Shown: positions 26,590 to 39,199, numbered from the stretch's first letter. The stretch: DNA of 64,000 nt from Podarcis muralis (GCF_964188315.1 NC_135659.1:65782001-65846000), one strand, 5' to 3'. The notes: generated by a model from the letters alone, not told the origin. Translations and numbers: made by a program.

Positions 26590-28490
26590 TTTTTAAAATA
26601 AATTTTTATTGAGTTTTCAAAGTTTTATAACAAAAAACAAAAACAAACAAAACAAACAAAAACAAAACAAAACAAAAGCAAAAAGATTCTTTCATAACCC
26701 TCTTTCCTGACTTCCCCCCACCCCCACCCCATGCATCCCAATTCTCCTGTATAATTCAGCAAGTTCTTATTTCACTCCTTCAACCTGTTCTTGTTATACT
26801 TAAACTTAATTTCCTTTGCTAGGCCCAATTTAATTATCTAGTTCTCTTGTATACATTAAATCCATTTTCTAAGATCGATCCAGGTTCTTATACCATAAAT
26901 TTCCACTTTTTCATATTAGAATCTAGATTAAAATAATAAAACCCAAAAATCATAAGATGAAGTGAGATTTCCCCCCCCCCCCCTTCCTCCCTGCCCTGGT
27001 ATCTGTCCCTTCCCAGATCACTGTCCTCTTGTAGAACTCTTAGCCCGGATTTCTCACATCAGAGGCTTTTAAGTCCCTTTGAGTCTCTCTCCGCCTGTTC
27101 TGTTGGTAGTCCTTCCTGTAGGTCTCCAAGTCTCGAGGGATGTTAAACACAGTCTCTTCACCTTCTCTCCAATCACATTCCAATCGGATTTGCTGCCAGG
27201 GTTCTAGCAAAAGTTCCCCCAAATCACAGTCAGCAAGACCAGAAAAAAGGAGAAAGTCCCAGTTATGTTTCTTTATTCCTTTAGCTTTACCTCCATAGTG
27301 TCCGTAGGCTTTCTCCTTTGCTTTTCTTCTCTTGTAACTTGTAATCCAAAAGAGTTCTCTGTTCCCTGGCTGCACAAGTTCATATTCCTGCACTTTTTCC
27401 CCTCCAGACTCCTTTTCCACCAGCTCCAAAGATGTTTTTCCTGGTTCAGTTGTAAAATCTTTCAAAGTCGAGTCCTCACTCCCATCAGCAGAGTTGTTTA
27501 TTTTAGAGATCAAGGTCATCAGCTGCTTTTCCATAACCATCTCTTGCTCTTGTAGAGTTCCCACGAGAAAAAGAGTTCTTTCTATTTCTGCTAGTAGTTT
27601 TCCTTCTGCAACCATTGTAATATCACTGGTTCCCCCTAGGGGGATTTCCATTTTTCAAAGTTCAAAGTTTTTCAAAGTTCCTCACCAACAGTCCTGTACT
27701 TTATTGTTACTTGTTGTTACTTTATTTCCAGTCCCTTCTAGTTAAATGTAACACCTCTGTGTCAGAGAGATATAAGGATGTTCTTATCTTGATCTAGCCG
27801 TTTGACAGCTCAGTTGACAGCTGTCAAACTCCCGTTCTTTCGCGCTAAGTTAACACAGGACACTCCAGGGTCCCGGAGGGGGGGGGGGATCCATAAAAAC
27901 TTTTCAGAAAACACCTCTTCTCTCCAGCACAGCTTTAAGATAAAAAAGTAAAAACTTATTCTCACAAATTTATGGAGTCTCTTGTCAGTCCAAAAAGGCA
28001 CAAAAAGATTTTTTAATCCGATCTTAGGTTTTCGTTCCTTGCTTCCAATTGTCTGCATAAAAAGGGGGGGTGCGGACTTCCCTTTAGCACTACCCCCCCC
28101 CCCCCCCGTTCGTTCCAGATTAGGGATATTAATTTCTTCTAAAGTCCGAATTTCATTCTACTTACGGGGTATTTGTTTCCAATCCAATTGTCGGGAAAAA
28201 AGTTGACGCTCTCCGGCAATGGCTTGCGGCTTCGCTCCGCTGAGGTAGCGGTCTACTCTCAGCACCACGCCACTCCTCGTACCTTCTCCGCAGCCTTTAA
28301 AAAGGCTCTTCGACTGTCAAGGAGGGCGCTTAAGGTGCCCACCGAGTCACCAAGTCCACAGGCATCCGCGTCTGTGGTTTCTGAGGGTCCCCGCGTCGCC
28401 GGCACGGTAAGACCCGTCCTCAGCAGAGCCGATTCCCTCCGGAGCTCGGAGGGAATCCGCCATTAGCCGATCGCGTCAACCCGGAAGTCC
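26590..28490 (-). mobile_element. L1-mobilised non-autonomous retroelement, apparently intact 5' end, no ORF2
   Basis: 16-bp TSD GGAAAACCCACTTTTT at 26574-26589 and 28491-28506; target nick TTTTT/A; minus strand starts GGACTTCCGG, has a CpG-rich 5' region and ends AATAAA plus poly(A). Confidence 0.88.
27040..27651 (-). CDS. 203-aa ORF of unknown function inside the L1-like element (ORF1 position)
   Basis: Open frame, AAAATGG Kozak context, TAA stop; Glu/Lys-rich with possible coiled coil; no L1 ORF1 RRM, endonuclease or RT motif recognised. Confidence 0.55.
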   Translation of the reverse strand: MEIPLGGTSDITMVAEGKLLAEIERTLFLVGTLQEQEMVMEKQLMTLISKINNSADGSEDSTLKDFTTEPGKTSLELVEKESGGEKVQEYELVQPGNRELFWITSYKRRKAKEKAYGHYGGKAKGIKKHNWDFLLFSGLADCDLGELLLEPWQQIRLECDWREGEETVFNIPRDLETYRKDYQQNRRRETQRDLKASDVRNPG

Positions 28491-28807
28491 GGAAAACCCA
28501 CTTTTTACCACTGAAGACTTTACCCTCCTCTATTCAGGGCTCCCAAACCAGTAAAGATTGTTGGTGATCACAGGTCTTCTGCATTTTAATGGACAGATTT
28601 ATGTCTGAGGATTACTTAGGTGTCTCTCTTGCCCTTAAAACTACAAACCTGGCCTGGCAAGTAGTTTTTTTGAAAGCAGCTTTTAGGCAGGCTGGGAAGT
28701 GAGGTTTTAATGACGAAACAAATGTGCAGGGATGACCCGCTCTGTGTGTCTATATTTCCATGAATGTATGCTCACCTGAGTGATTGATGTCTATGTGAAT
28801 GAGTTCT

Positions 28808-28808
<1 letters not shown>

Positions 28809-28848
<40 letters not shown>
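28809..28848. repeat. (GT)n microsatellite
   Basis: Read directly. Confidence 0.95.
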
Positions 28849-28850
<2 letters not shown>

Positions 28851-29480
28851 TGCCGGATTTACGTATAAGCTAAAGAAGCTATAGCTTAGGGCCCCACTCT
28901 CTTGGGGGCCCCAAAAAAATTTAAAGGGAAAAAAACCTACAGTGTGGACTACTATGGTGATATTGATATTATATTTTTAAAATGCATTGTATTAACTACA
29001 ATTGCATTGTACAGGTTATAACACTTAATTTCATATTAATAAAGCTATTTATTAGTAGTTTGCATCATATATTTACACCTATTATTATTTCATGTTATAG
29101 CAAGTTTATAGAGACTAGATTATGAGTCTCTGTAAATTGTGTTTCTAAAGGAACTTTTGTTATTGCCAAATGCCAATGTGTTTGCATTATTAAGTTTGTT
29201 ATGAATAAAAAATCATTTTAAGTTAGAGCTTAATAATTATTTCACTATTAATATACTTCTTCTTAATTGTATTTCAGTTCAACAATTACTTTGATAAAAT
29301 ACATATTTTGTCATGTGCAAATGGCATTAGATACCTATTAGGTCCATAAATTACCATGTAGCATATATTCAAACACACACAAAAAGAGACAATTTGTTGT
29401 TGACAAAGGACAGCTGGACATATAAAGGGCCTCATTACCTTCCGTAGCTTAGGGCCTCATCAAACCTAAATCTGACCCTG
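28848..29480 (-). mobile_element. hAT-type MITE (long form of the 41013 family)
   Basis: TIRs TAGTGCCGGATTT / AAATCTGACCCTG; 8-bp TSD TGTGTGTG / TGTGTGCG; both ends match 41013-41390 in inverted orientation. Confidence 0.85.
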
Positions 29481-31551
29481 TGTGTGCGACTGCCTCCAGT
29501 CACTCCTAATGGCATGTGGCCTCCAACCAACAATGCACACCTCTCATGTGGCCTACAGGGCCAAAAAGGTTGCCCATTCACCCCATCATATGACTTCCTT
29601 GTTCTGTAGATGGCTACAGCAGACAGTGGCTGAAGAAAACCATGATTCATATGTATCTATAGCTTGTGTTTCTAGAATGGTTATCATGGAAGTTGGGCTG
29701 TCACACAGAATAAATCATTACAGCCTTGTAGAGTTATTAAGCTTTTATAGCATGCTCTCTCCACAATCATACCTCCAGGTGTTGTGTAACTAGACAAATT
29801 TGTTTATTATGCTTTCTCATTCCAGTTTCCTTTTCATTAGCCCCTTTGCTATTGAAGAAGCCTTCCTGAATAACATTTATTTATTTTGCACATCCTGGCT
29901 TGACCATGCTTGATATTAATGGTGTGCAGTAACCACAAAAATTACATTGAATCTGTATCTGCTGTGTTTGGGAGAAACCCAGCCTGTTTCGGAACTGCTC
30001 TGTGTTGTTCTGATTCAATTTATTCTTTGGGTCTAAATCTATTAAATTTGAAGCTTTGTTTTGTCCCCATTGACTACACTGAGGAATCTAAAAATGGTTA
30101 TAACTTTCCCCCCTTTCAAGATAAATGGATGAAATTTGTAGGCAAATCCCTTCAGAGTGGACTACGCCCTCCAAATTTCAGACAGGTACATTCAGGATCA
30201 TTCCTGCAGAAATATTTTAATGTTTATTTTAAAAGAAAGAATGTCTCACTTTTAATTTTCTGCCAGAATTTGATGCCAGTCACAAGCCCTTCAAAGGGAA
30301 TGAAGCCTGTCAAATTTCATAAGATAGGTGTAGCAGTTCTCCCCCAAGGGCAACCTTATGGAAAACAGAATTCACATTCAGGCCTCTAAATATCTTGGGG
30401 AAATCAATTTGAAAACTGGATATGAGGGATTGCCCTTGGGTAAGAAATCTGCCCATGTTCAGACAAATAATTCTCGTGGCTATTAGGAGCTAGGTGATTT
30501 TACCTTCATTTTTTAAAAATAATAATCTGGGAAAGTCCTTTTTTGTTGCCTTTGGCACCCAACCCTAACTTCCTGGAAGCAGCTTTCATGAAGAAAAAAG
30601 AGAGAGTGCTATGATTTTAACTGTTTGTTAGGAAAAATAAAATTGGGAAAGAGGTTGGCTCTCCCCAAAGTCTAATCCTGCCACATATGCCCTGCTCTCA
30701 GAGCCAAATCTTGGAGAATGATGGCTACCCAAGTAAATAGCAACACTGCTTACTTCAGCATTTCTCCTCCAAATCACTGTGACTGGGATGCACTGGGAAA
30801 ATAAATCTGATTAAAAAGTAGACCTGTCAGATGATCCCTCAATTCTCCACCTCCTCCCCTCTTGAGCATTTTCCTGGTCAGCTTGGTTTTGTTTTTCAGG
30901 AAAGGGAAAGGACGTCATTCATTTAACCTTCTGGAAAAAATGAGGCAACAGAGCATTGTTAACAGTGCATTCTGACTTGGGAATATGAGAGTCCGGCCGG
31001 AATCATCCTAGTTCACCTCAGTTGGGGTACAGGCGTAGCTGTTGCATACCCCTACTTAATATACAGATCAGGATTACTATTTCCATAACAAAGATGACAC
31101 AACAGTGTGATGTAGTACAAGGTTTTGGTCACAGGGTGGAGGTACACATTCACAGAAATGGTTCTCAAAATCTTTACAAGATCTGCAAGCTGTAACTGTC
31201 CAAACAAGTGACTAGATTTAGTATCACAGTTAGGTTGGCTTGCAAAATATTTCGATTGGCATTTCCTTTTCAGGGAATTAATTATTGTTTAAAAGATTTG
31301 GACTGATAGCAGGAGAGGGGGGTCTCCATTAAATCTTGGGAATAGTTTATAATACTCTGTCTTATAATGCACAAGTGCTGGGAAAGCACATATACAAAAC
31401 TAGGTTTGAAAGCTGGAGATATTTGGGCTTTGCAAGTTATTCTAACAAGTGGTCAGATATATTTTATTGCCTTTTTGGTTGCTAATGTTCTTTTCTGACA
31501 TTTGTAATTTGATTTTCAGTATCAGGAAGGCTTTCTTGAAATTGTTAAATC

Positions 31552-31714
31552 CAGTGCTTTTTTTCTGGGAGGATGCAGATACCCCTAAACATTTTGTGAA
31601 TCTTTGTACTTTTGTCCATTCACCATATTTATTTTTCCTGATTTGAACTATAAAAATGTGATTTTCTTAAGTCAGAAGGAGAGTACCCCTAAACATTTTT
31701 TTAAAAAAGCACTG
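31552..31714. mobile_element. hAT-type MITE
   Basis: TIRs CAGTGCTTTTTTT / AAAAAAGCACTG; TSD GTTAAATC / GTTAAACC; second copy at 63493. Confidence 0.85.
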
Positions 31715-31940
31715 GTTAAACCGCATCTGGGTTTGTTTTATAAAATTTCAAGGGTGCTTGGAAATTAAAGCAAGTGTTGAACTATTAGTTTTGATAAACA
31801 GATGATCTACTTCAAGTGTATTTAAATATTTCTTTAAATGAGATATGTTTTAGAATGTATTTATTTTCTGTCTAGAACTTTCCACATTTCATCCCACTTG
31901 AAAACCTCTTAAATAATTACTTTCACTTATTACTGATGTG

Positions 31941-32304
31941 GGGGGTGAGGGTGGCGCTGTGGGTAAAACCTCGGTGCCTAAGACTTGCCGATCGCATGGT
32001 CGGCGGTTCGAATCCCTGCGGTGGGGTGAGCTCCCGTCTTTCGGTCCCAGCTCCTGCCCACCTAGCAGTTCGAAAGCACCCCTAAGTGCAAGTAGATAAA
32101 TAGGTACCGCTTTATAGCGGGAAGGTAAACGGCATTTCCGTGTGCTGCGCTGGTGCTGGCTCGCCAGAGCAGCTTCATCACGCTGGCCACGTGACCCAGA
32201 AGTGTCTGCGGACAGCGCTGGCTCCCGGCCTCTTAAGTGAGATGAGCGCACAACCCTAGAGTCGGACACAACTGGCCCGTATGGGCAGGGGTACCTTTAC
32301 CTTT
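31941..32304 (+). mobile_element. Sauria SINE, full length
   Basis: 14-bp TSD TTATTACTGATGTG at 31927-31940 and 32305-32318. Confidence 0.96.
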
Positions 32305-33904
32305 TTATTACTGATGTGACTTAATAAATGTGTACTTTACAATAAACCAAAAGATTATTGCAACTAAGGAAGATTTGAAGGATTACAGCTGTTGGAAGGT
32401 TCTACTAGCCAAACTCTGTTTTATTTAATGGGGGGGGGGGATATTTCTCAATTCTATTTAAAGCAAATAAGCATCATCAAGTACAAAATAATAGGTTAAG
32501 GAACAAGAACCTGTGTACAAAGCACATTGGTTAATGCTTTAATCTACAAAAAAGTTTGCTCTGCTCTTTCCCTCTCCAACTTCATCTCTCTTCTAGGAGT
32601 AAAGAATAATACATTGTTGAGAACACTGCTTTGGATATTGGCTAAGCAGTTATTTCACTGTTTGGCTGTTCTTTTACCCCACCCAACTTTTCCCCATTTT
32701 CCTCAAATGCATCCTTCTATACACTTTTTCTACACTCCCACCTGCCCACAAACCCTGACCTCTTTAAGCACCCTACTAACATCACATTTGGAATTGATGA
32801 ACTGTAAATATTCTTTTCTTCCTTAGCATATAGTTAACTATCAACACAGGAGCAAATGCAGTTGGCTTCACTAGTTTCCTCTCACGCTGACATTGTAAGA
32901 AAATTATATTTCATATTAAAAGGTTACATGTTCCTGTGCTGTTCTCTTGTCTAAAGATGACACTGGGGATGTAATATTTAAAATTAAACATTGTTAATGC
33001 ATAGCTGCTATTTTAATAAGAAAGTCAAATGTTTAATTTTGATTTCTATGTTTTAGTTGGGAATGGAGTCTTGAACAGATCTATAAAAATGGCACAGGAC
33101 GAGTAGTAGAGTTCTGAGGATGGCTGAATGAACTGGGCCACTTTGGACAACTCTTTATTGTAAACAACGAGAAGTTAGAAAACCAATGCAACAAGGAGTA
33201 AGAGCTAGCTAGCTTCTATTTTCTATTTTTATTTTAGCATGCAAGACTATTCAAAACTGTTCCGCCTGCCTGAAAAGCAGGCTTATGAGTTTCTTTTGCT
33301 TTGTATACTTGTGGATTTATGGCTTCCATCAAAAATAGAAACCATTCTGTGCAGCAAAGATATTGCTTGCTTAAACTCATTATTTGCATTTGGTGTCCTT
33401 TCATCCCACCTGTCTTCAAAAGAGCACCTTGCATATGGTTCCCAGATGGCTTCCTATCCAGGCAGACCCTGTAACCTTTACTGCAAAACAGCTGCACATG
33501 CTTTCCGACAATTATTTAATAATCCTGTTGCTGCCCCATCCCCTCTAGCTGTGCAAGGAAGGAAAACGTAATGCTGGTGGTTAGTAGATTGGACAAAATG
33601 AAAGCCCACCCTCTCTCACATACCTCCTCTCATGTTTCACAGCTTAGCTTGTTGTACTCCAAATTAGCCTTCAAAGAAAGGGAGGAACTTTAATGAGCAA
33701 ACATTTCATCCAATGATTGTTCTAATTCATCTTAGTTTTAGCTTTGCACTTTGGGAAGTATAACTGTCCCATAATTGAACTTTGTGTGATTCATAGTATC
33801 ATACACAGTACAGTATATTTTTGGGAAGAGCCATAGTTCACCCAAGGTTCAATCCATGACATCCTATCTGAAACTCTGGAAAACTGCTGTCATTCACTAG
33901 ATGG

Positions 33905-34110
33905 ACCCATGATCTGACATTAGAAGTGATTTAACTCAGTCAGTTCCTGAAGGCCTGTTCCCACCAAGTGTGCCTGAGATGGTGGTGGGACTGAGAGAAG
34001 GGCTCTCCTCAAAAATCTCAGAGCCCAGGTGAGTTTGTATGGGAGAATATGGACCCCCAGATCGACTGGGCCTAAGTTATAGAAGGCTTTATGGATCATA
34101 ACCAGCACTT
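33905..34110 (-). mobile_element. L2 LINE fragment
   Basis: Minus frame MLVMIHKAFYNLGPVDL...LLSVPPPSQAHLVG. Confidence 0.75.
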
Positions 34111-35039
34111 TGAAGTGTACTCCGTATAAGGAAGAGTCCTTTCGCTCACTAACATCCTATAACCTTTTAAATGTGTTTATTGGAGAGGGTAGAGAGGGGG
34201 CGAGAGGATTATTAGTTTGGTTTGGTTTGGCTTGTTCTTGTTTTTATTATGCATTTTATATTTTATCTTGTATTTTTATGCTGTGAACTGCACTGAGATC
34301 TACAGATAACGCATGGTATACAATTTTTGTTGTTGTTGTCATTGCTGCTGTTATGTACAGCACCATGTTTATAAAGGCTGCATATCTGAACTTCGTTTTT
34401 TGAAGTCACAGGCTTTAAAGGAATGTGTGATTTATTCTTGACACATCTTTTATCCAAGAGTAAAAGCTCTTGAGATTGCTTTTAGCTCAGAAACAAAAAC
34501 ACATGTGACCACTTTGTTTTGCTTCTGTGAAGTAATTAAAGTGGCAGAAAGAAAAGATTTGAAAAGTAGCAAATGGTGTTTTGTTCCACAAAGAAAGCTG
34601 ATAGATCTTACTAGTCTCTTTTTGCATCTGATAGTCATTTCCTTGTGAGCTTTTGGAACCCAAACAAAGATCAGGCAGGGGAATTGAACTCTGCTTAGGA
34701 CACATATTTTGTTCTGCTGTCCTATTAGAAAACTAATACTTGCATACACAGTAGAGGTCATTTCTGCTTTCACTGTTGTTAAGTTTCATTGCTCTTCAGA
34801 CAGAAAGTTTAATTACTTCTAGACAAAGGGGGGGGGGAAGCGCACTATCACAACTGGATGCTCATAGTAAATGATGAAACCCTTTCCAAATACTGATAAT
34901 TTTAATTAAATGTGTGTAAAATATCAAAGATTAGACAGGCTGGGTTTTTTTTAAAAAAATGTTGTGCCTTTTTATAAAGCATGGATCTTCAACCACTATT
35001 GCATTTAAAACTTGCAGCCCTCCTGTGACAAATAATATG

Positions 35040-35428
35040 CACAGCACTAGGTGAGAAGTATTCGATGGAAAGAAATTAACATCTACATGCAGCCGCTGGA
35101 AGAGATCATCAGGGGGTTTGGACTGGGTGTTCATCAGTGTGTGGATGATACCCAGCTCTACCTCTCATTCAAATAAGAACCAGTGAAGGCAGTGAAGGTC
35201 CTGTGTGAGTGTCTGGAGGCGGTTGGAGGATGGATGGCAGCTAACAGATTGAGGTTGAAGTACTGTTTTGGGGGGACAGGAGGCGGGCAGGTGTGGGGGA
35301 CTCCCTGGTCCTGAATGGGGTAACTGTGCCCCTGAAGGACCAGGTGTGCAGCCTGGGAGTCAATTTGGACTCGCAGCTGTCCATGGAGGCACAGGCCAAT
35401 TCTGTGTCCAGGGCAGCTGTTTACCAGG
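35040..35428 (+). mobile_element. L2 LINE RT fragment
   Basis: Decayed YADD region (TGTGGATGATACCCAGCTCTAC), then WMAANRLRL and VCSLGVNLDSQLSMEAQ. Confidence 0.85.
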
Positions 35429-35529
35429 TGGATGTCGTATGTGTTTTTGCAAATCACCCTGGCCACAGTCCCTCATTCAGTACTATCCTATGGGTTTTTA
35501 AATCAGATGGGCACCACTGGTGGAGGAAG

Positions 35530-36390
35530 AAGAGTGTGGGGGGAGTGCAGTCCAAGTGTCTCGAGGTGGTGCCAACCTCAATGGTGTCCACTAGAGCGAC
35601 TATAAATGCGCTCAGGAAGCTATTTGCGACACACGGCTTTCCAGACACACTGGTGAGTGATAATGGGACTGCTTTTACTTCAAGGAAATTGTAATCAAGA
35701 ATGGAATCCACCACATTCGTTCTGCTCCTTTTCACCCGGCCACTAACGGCCAAGCTGAACACATGGTCCGTACTACCAAAAATGAGCTTAGGTGCATAGT
35801 GCATCGAGACTGGACTTTCCAGTTAGTTCTTATGACCCCAAGAGCAGTGACCAGTTGGAGACCGGTGGAGTTGCTTATGAGGAGGAGGCTCACTACCCTC
35901 CTTGATCGTGTGCACCCCAACTGGACTCTTGAGCAACGGCCATCCACTGTGGTGTGGGGGGCTCCAAGAGGGTTCTCCCCGGGGGACACTGTGTACATCC
36001 GAAACTATGGGCCCGGACAGGGTTGGGTCCCTGGTATCATTGCCCACTGTACAGGTCCGGTTTCCTATGAGGTAGGGTTGGAGGGGGGACTGGTTTGGAA
36101 GAGACACCTTGACCAGATCAGAGCCAGGGCACTTCCGAACACGGAACTTCAAGGGGAACCAGAGGACAGAGAAATGGGTACTTTGGGAGATTCTGTGCCA
36201 GGCCAGGGTGGGAACCAGAAGGGTTGCCGGTGACTGAGTTACCCCAGCAGGGTGACTTCAGGCCGGAATCCTCAGTGGCTCCATCAGCAGTGACCCCTCC
36301 CTGACTGTCCCACTCAGACCGTGGGTACCAGAGGAACCTCCTGGGTCACCCACTTGGGCACAGGAACCATGACGGTTGAGGAACTTATAC
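35530..36390 (+). mobile_element. Ty3/Gypsy integrase relic
   Basis: LFATHGFPDTLVSDNGTAFTS, then across a stop/frameshift RSAPFHPATNGQAE and FSPGDTVYIRNY...GPVSYEV...WKRHLDQIR; no LTR pair seen. Confidence 0.88.
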
Positions 36391-36844
36391 TGCCTTGAGC
36401 TTCTGACTTTTTCTGAACATTAAACAGGGACCTACTGAATTCAACAGAAATCAGGTGCATAGGATTTTATTTATTCTGTTACAAAAAAAATCTAGATGGC
36501 TGTCCATCACAAATAGTTTCCAGCATGTTATGAAACAATATCACATCACTTCAAACAATAATAAAATACAGTTATTAAAACCAATCAGCAATTAAATACT
36601 GGGGCACAAAATTAAACTTTTGGCCTTAAACAGTCACAGCCCATCTCCTACAGAGACCCAGTAGAACAGACAAGTTATAAACATGGGAGTGGGATTATTG
36701 CCATCAGCACTACAAGGGAGACAGAATTATAGTCAGTGCACTACAAAAGAGAAAGCCCTGTCCCTCATTATCACATAGTGAGCCATGCTCATTGGCAGGA
36801 TAGCAAGGATAAATGCACACACTTGGCCAACTGTGTGGTGTGGA

Positions 36845-37260
36845 TCACTTGTTAAGTGAGGAAGTGTTGCAACAAATAACTAGGTCCCAAATTGCTTTCC
36901 AAGTCAGGACTAACATCATAAATTGGCCCCAGTAGAATTTATATAGGCAGCCAGTGCAGATCCCACAAAATAGGTGTTGACTTGTTATATGCAGATGCAC
37001 CTGTGAATATACCAGCAGATGTATTTTCAACCAGTGGCAATTTCTTGACCTTCTTGAAGGAAAGCCCAGCATAGAGTGCATTACCATAGTCTAGATGTGA
37101 GCTTCCAAGAACGAGCACCACAGTGAAGGGAATAGCTGTAGTTGGGACAAGATCCATAGCTGATAATGCACACTGCTGGTCACCTGGGCCTCAAGTGTCA
37201 GCACTGAGCCAGGAATATCCCCACACTACAAACCTGCTCCTTTAGGGATCATGCGAGTCC
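36845..37260 (-). mobile_element. L2 LINE fragment
   Basis: Minus frame SHLDYGNALYAGL...ILWDLHWLPI. Confidence 0.85.
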
Positions 37261-38477
37261 ATCAAGCACAGGCCACACACCCAATTCCTGAGCACAATGG
37301 AGAAGGCCAGGGATGCATCCTTGCAAAGTGCCAAAGGTTCATTTCCTTTACTTCAAACATTTTTAAAGCCTCATGCTCACCCAGAGCATCACAGGGCTCT
37401 TTTCAGCCCCACAAGGCTTCCTAAAATGACAATTTTAATTTAAGTGGGGGTGGGCTTTTAAAACTTTAGAAAAGCCCCATTGTGATTGAGTGCACTTTTT
37501 TTTTTATTAAAAAAAGGAGAAGTTTGAAGAGCCCTCAGCCATCTTGCACATTTCCTAAAGTTGAGCACAACACACAAACACACAGGATCCTCATGACAGC
37601 CTCATTTATACATTTCATGCATCTTTACTTATGCCCAGACAGGCCACTGGCTCTTTTTAATATGTGCTGACATCAGGGCATGTTGTCTAGAAAGGTGGAT
37701 AGGTTAAACCATTGCTTGTTTTTCATCTCCTGTCACGTGGATCCTGGACCAGAGGAGAGCTGGCTGGGCAATTCCTCCAGATGCTGAGTTACAAAGCAGC
37801 TCTTTGGAGTGGTCAAACAATGCTTCTAATGTTTGAGGGATGTTTTCTACAGTTCAGTTCTTCTGCATAAATAAAATTGGTCTGCATTCGTTGGCATTTC
37901 CTAGCAGGGTGATATATTAACACTGAAACATTGCTGAGTTAAATTAAATGCAATGCATAGTGCATAGCTGTATGATATTTTAAGTGAATTGGTGGTATAT
38001 AAATACTTCCATAAAGAAATAAACAATTACTGTTGGTAATTTGGGGAGAGGGATGCATGAGAGAGTGACTTGCAGATAGAAATGTGGAAGACTCCTCTTG
38101 TGCACAGACCTTATTTGGGGGGTCTGGGACCCTTTCATTAGCCAGCCACATTTCCTATCCTGTGTTCAGACACCTGCGGATAATGTGACTAATTTCTTAT
38201 CTGTCCTATAGTCAGGGGCAGCTCTTGGCAGGGCTTCAATGTCAGCCACCTGTTAGAGGAGCACTGCTGTATAGTCATGTAGTCGCAGACAATGTTTATG
38301 TAAGATAGGAAAGCGGCTTGGGAACTCACCTCAGTGTAGACCAAGACCATGAAAGATGCTACCTACTGGTCATTAAATAAGTCCATCTCTTGCTGTTCTG
38401 AGAGAGTTCCACCAACTAAAGGGACCAAAGCTATCTGGCTTTTGCTTCCCTCTTTCATCCCCCCTCATCTTAATAAT

Positions 38478-39083
38478 AATAATAATAATATTTATTTATA
38501 CCCCACCCTCCCCGGCCAGGGCCGGGCTCAGGGTGGCTAATACAGAATATAAATTACAATAAAATGTAATAGAAAAATAGAAAAAATAAAAAAGTTAATT
38601 AAAATATGGCTTAAAATACAGCTTAAAATGCAGCCTCATTTTAGTAGTAGCCCATAAATCAAGACCATAACGGGAGGAAACATCAGATATTCACCCGAGC
38701 CAGCTATCCATGCTGGTCCTACATGCGCCATCAAAAAAGCCAAGGGAAAATTTATATACCATATCCCATATAAGGGGTCAGAGTGAGTCCAAGCCGAAGG
38801 CCAGGCAGAACAGTTCCATCTTGCAGGCCCTGTAGAAAGATGTGAAATCCCGCAGGGCCCTGGTCTATTGTGACAGAGCGTTCCACCAAGTCGGGGCCAG
38901 TGCTGAACAGGCCCTGGCCCTTGTTGAGACCAATCTAACCTCCTTGACGCTCAGGACCTCCAAAGTGTTGTTATTTATGGACCTTAAGGTCCTCCTCGGG
39001 GCATACCGAGAGGCAGTCCCGTAGATACGAGGGTCCTAGGCTGCATAGGGCTTTAAAGGTCAAAGCCAGCACCTTAAACCTTA
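38478..39083 (-). mobile_element. L2 LINE 3' end
   Basis: (AAT)n tail at 38475, AGGGCTTTAAAGGTCAAAGCCAGCACCTT (VLALTFKAL on the minus strand) at the 5' end. Confidence 0.8.
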
Positions 39084-39199
39084 AATCTTGCCTCAAATTA
39101 AATGTTTGTCAAGGAACAGTACTGGTGTGCTCTTTGCTTTGTACCAATCTAAAAAGAACCTCTGCTCCTGGCAGAACGCCCTCCAGACAAAAGAGTTTC

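Noticed and set aside
35293-35694. 133-aa ORF fusing L2 RT sequence to Gypsy integrase
   Set aside because: Chance in-frame junction of two decayed elements; both domains are partial and the integrase is broken by a stop.
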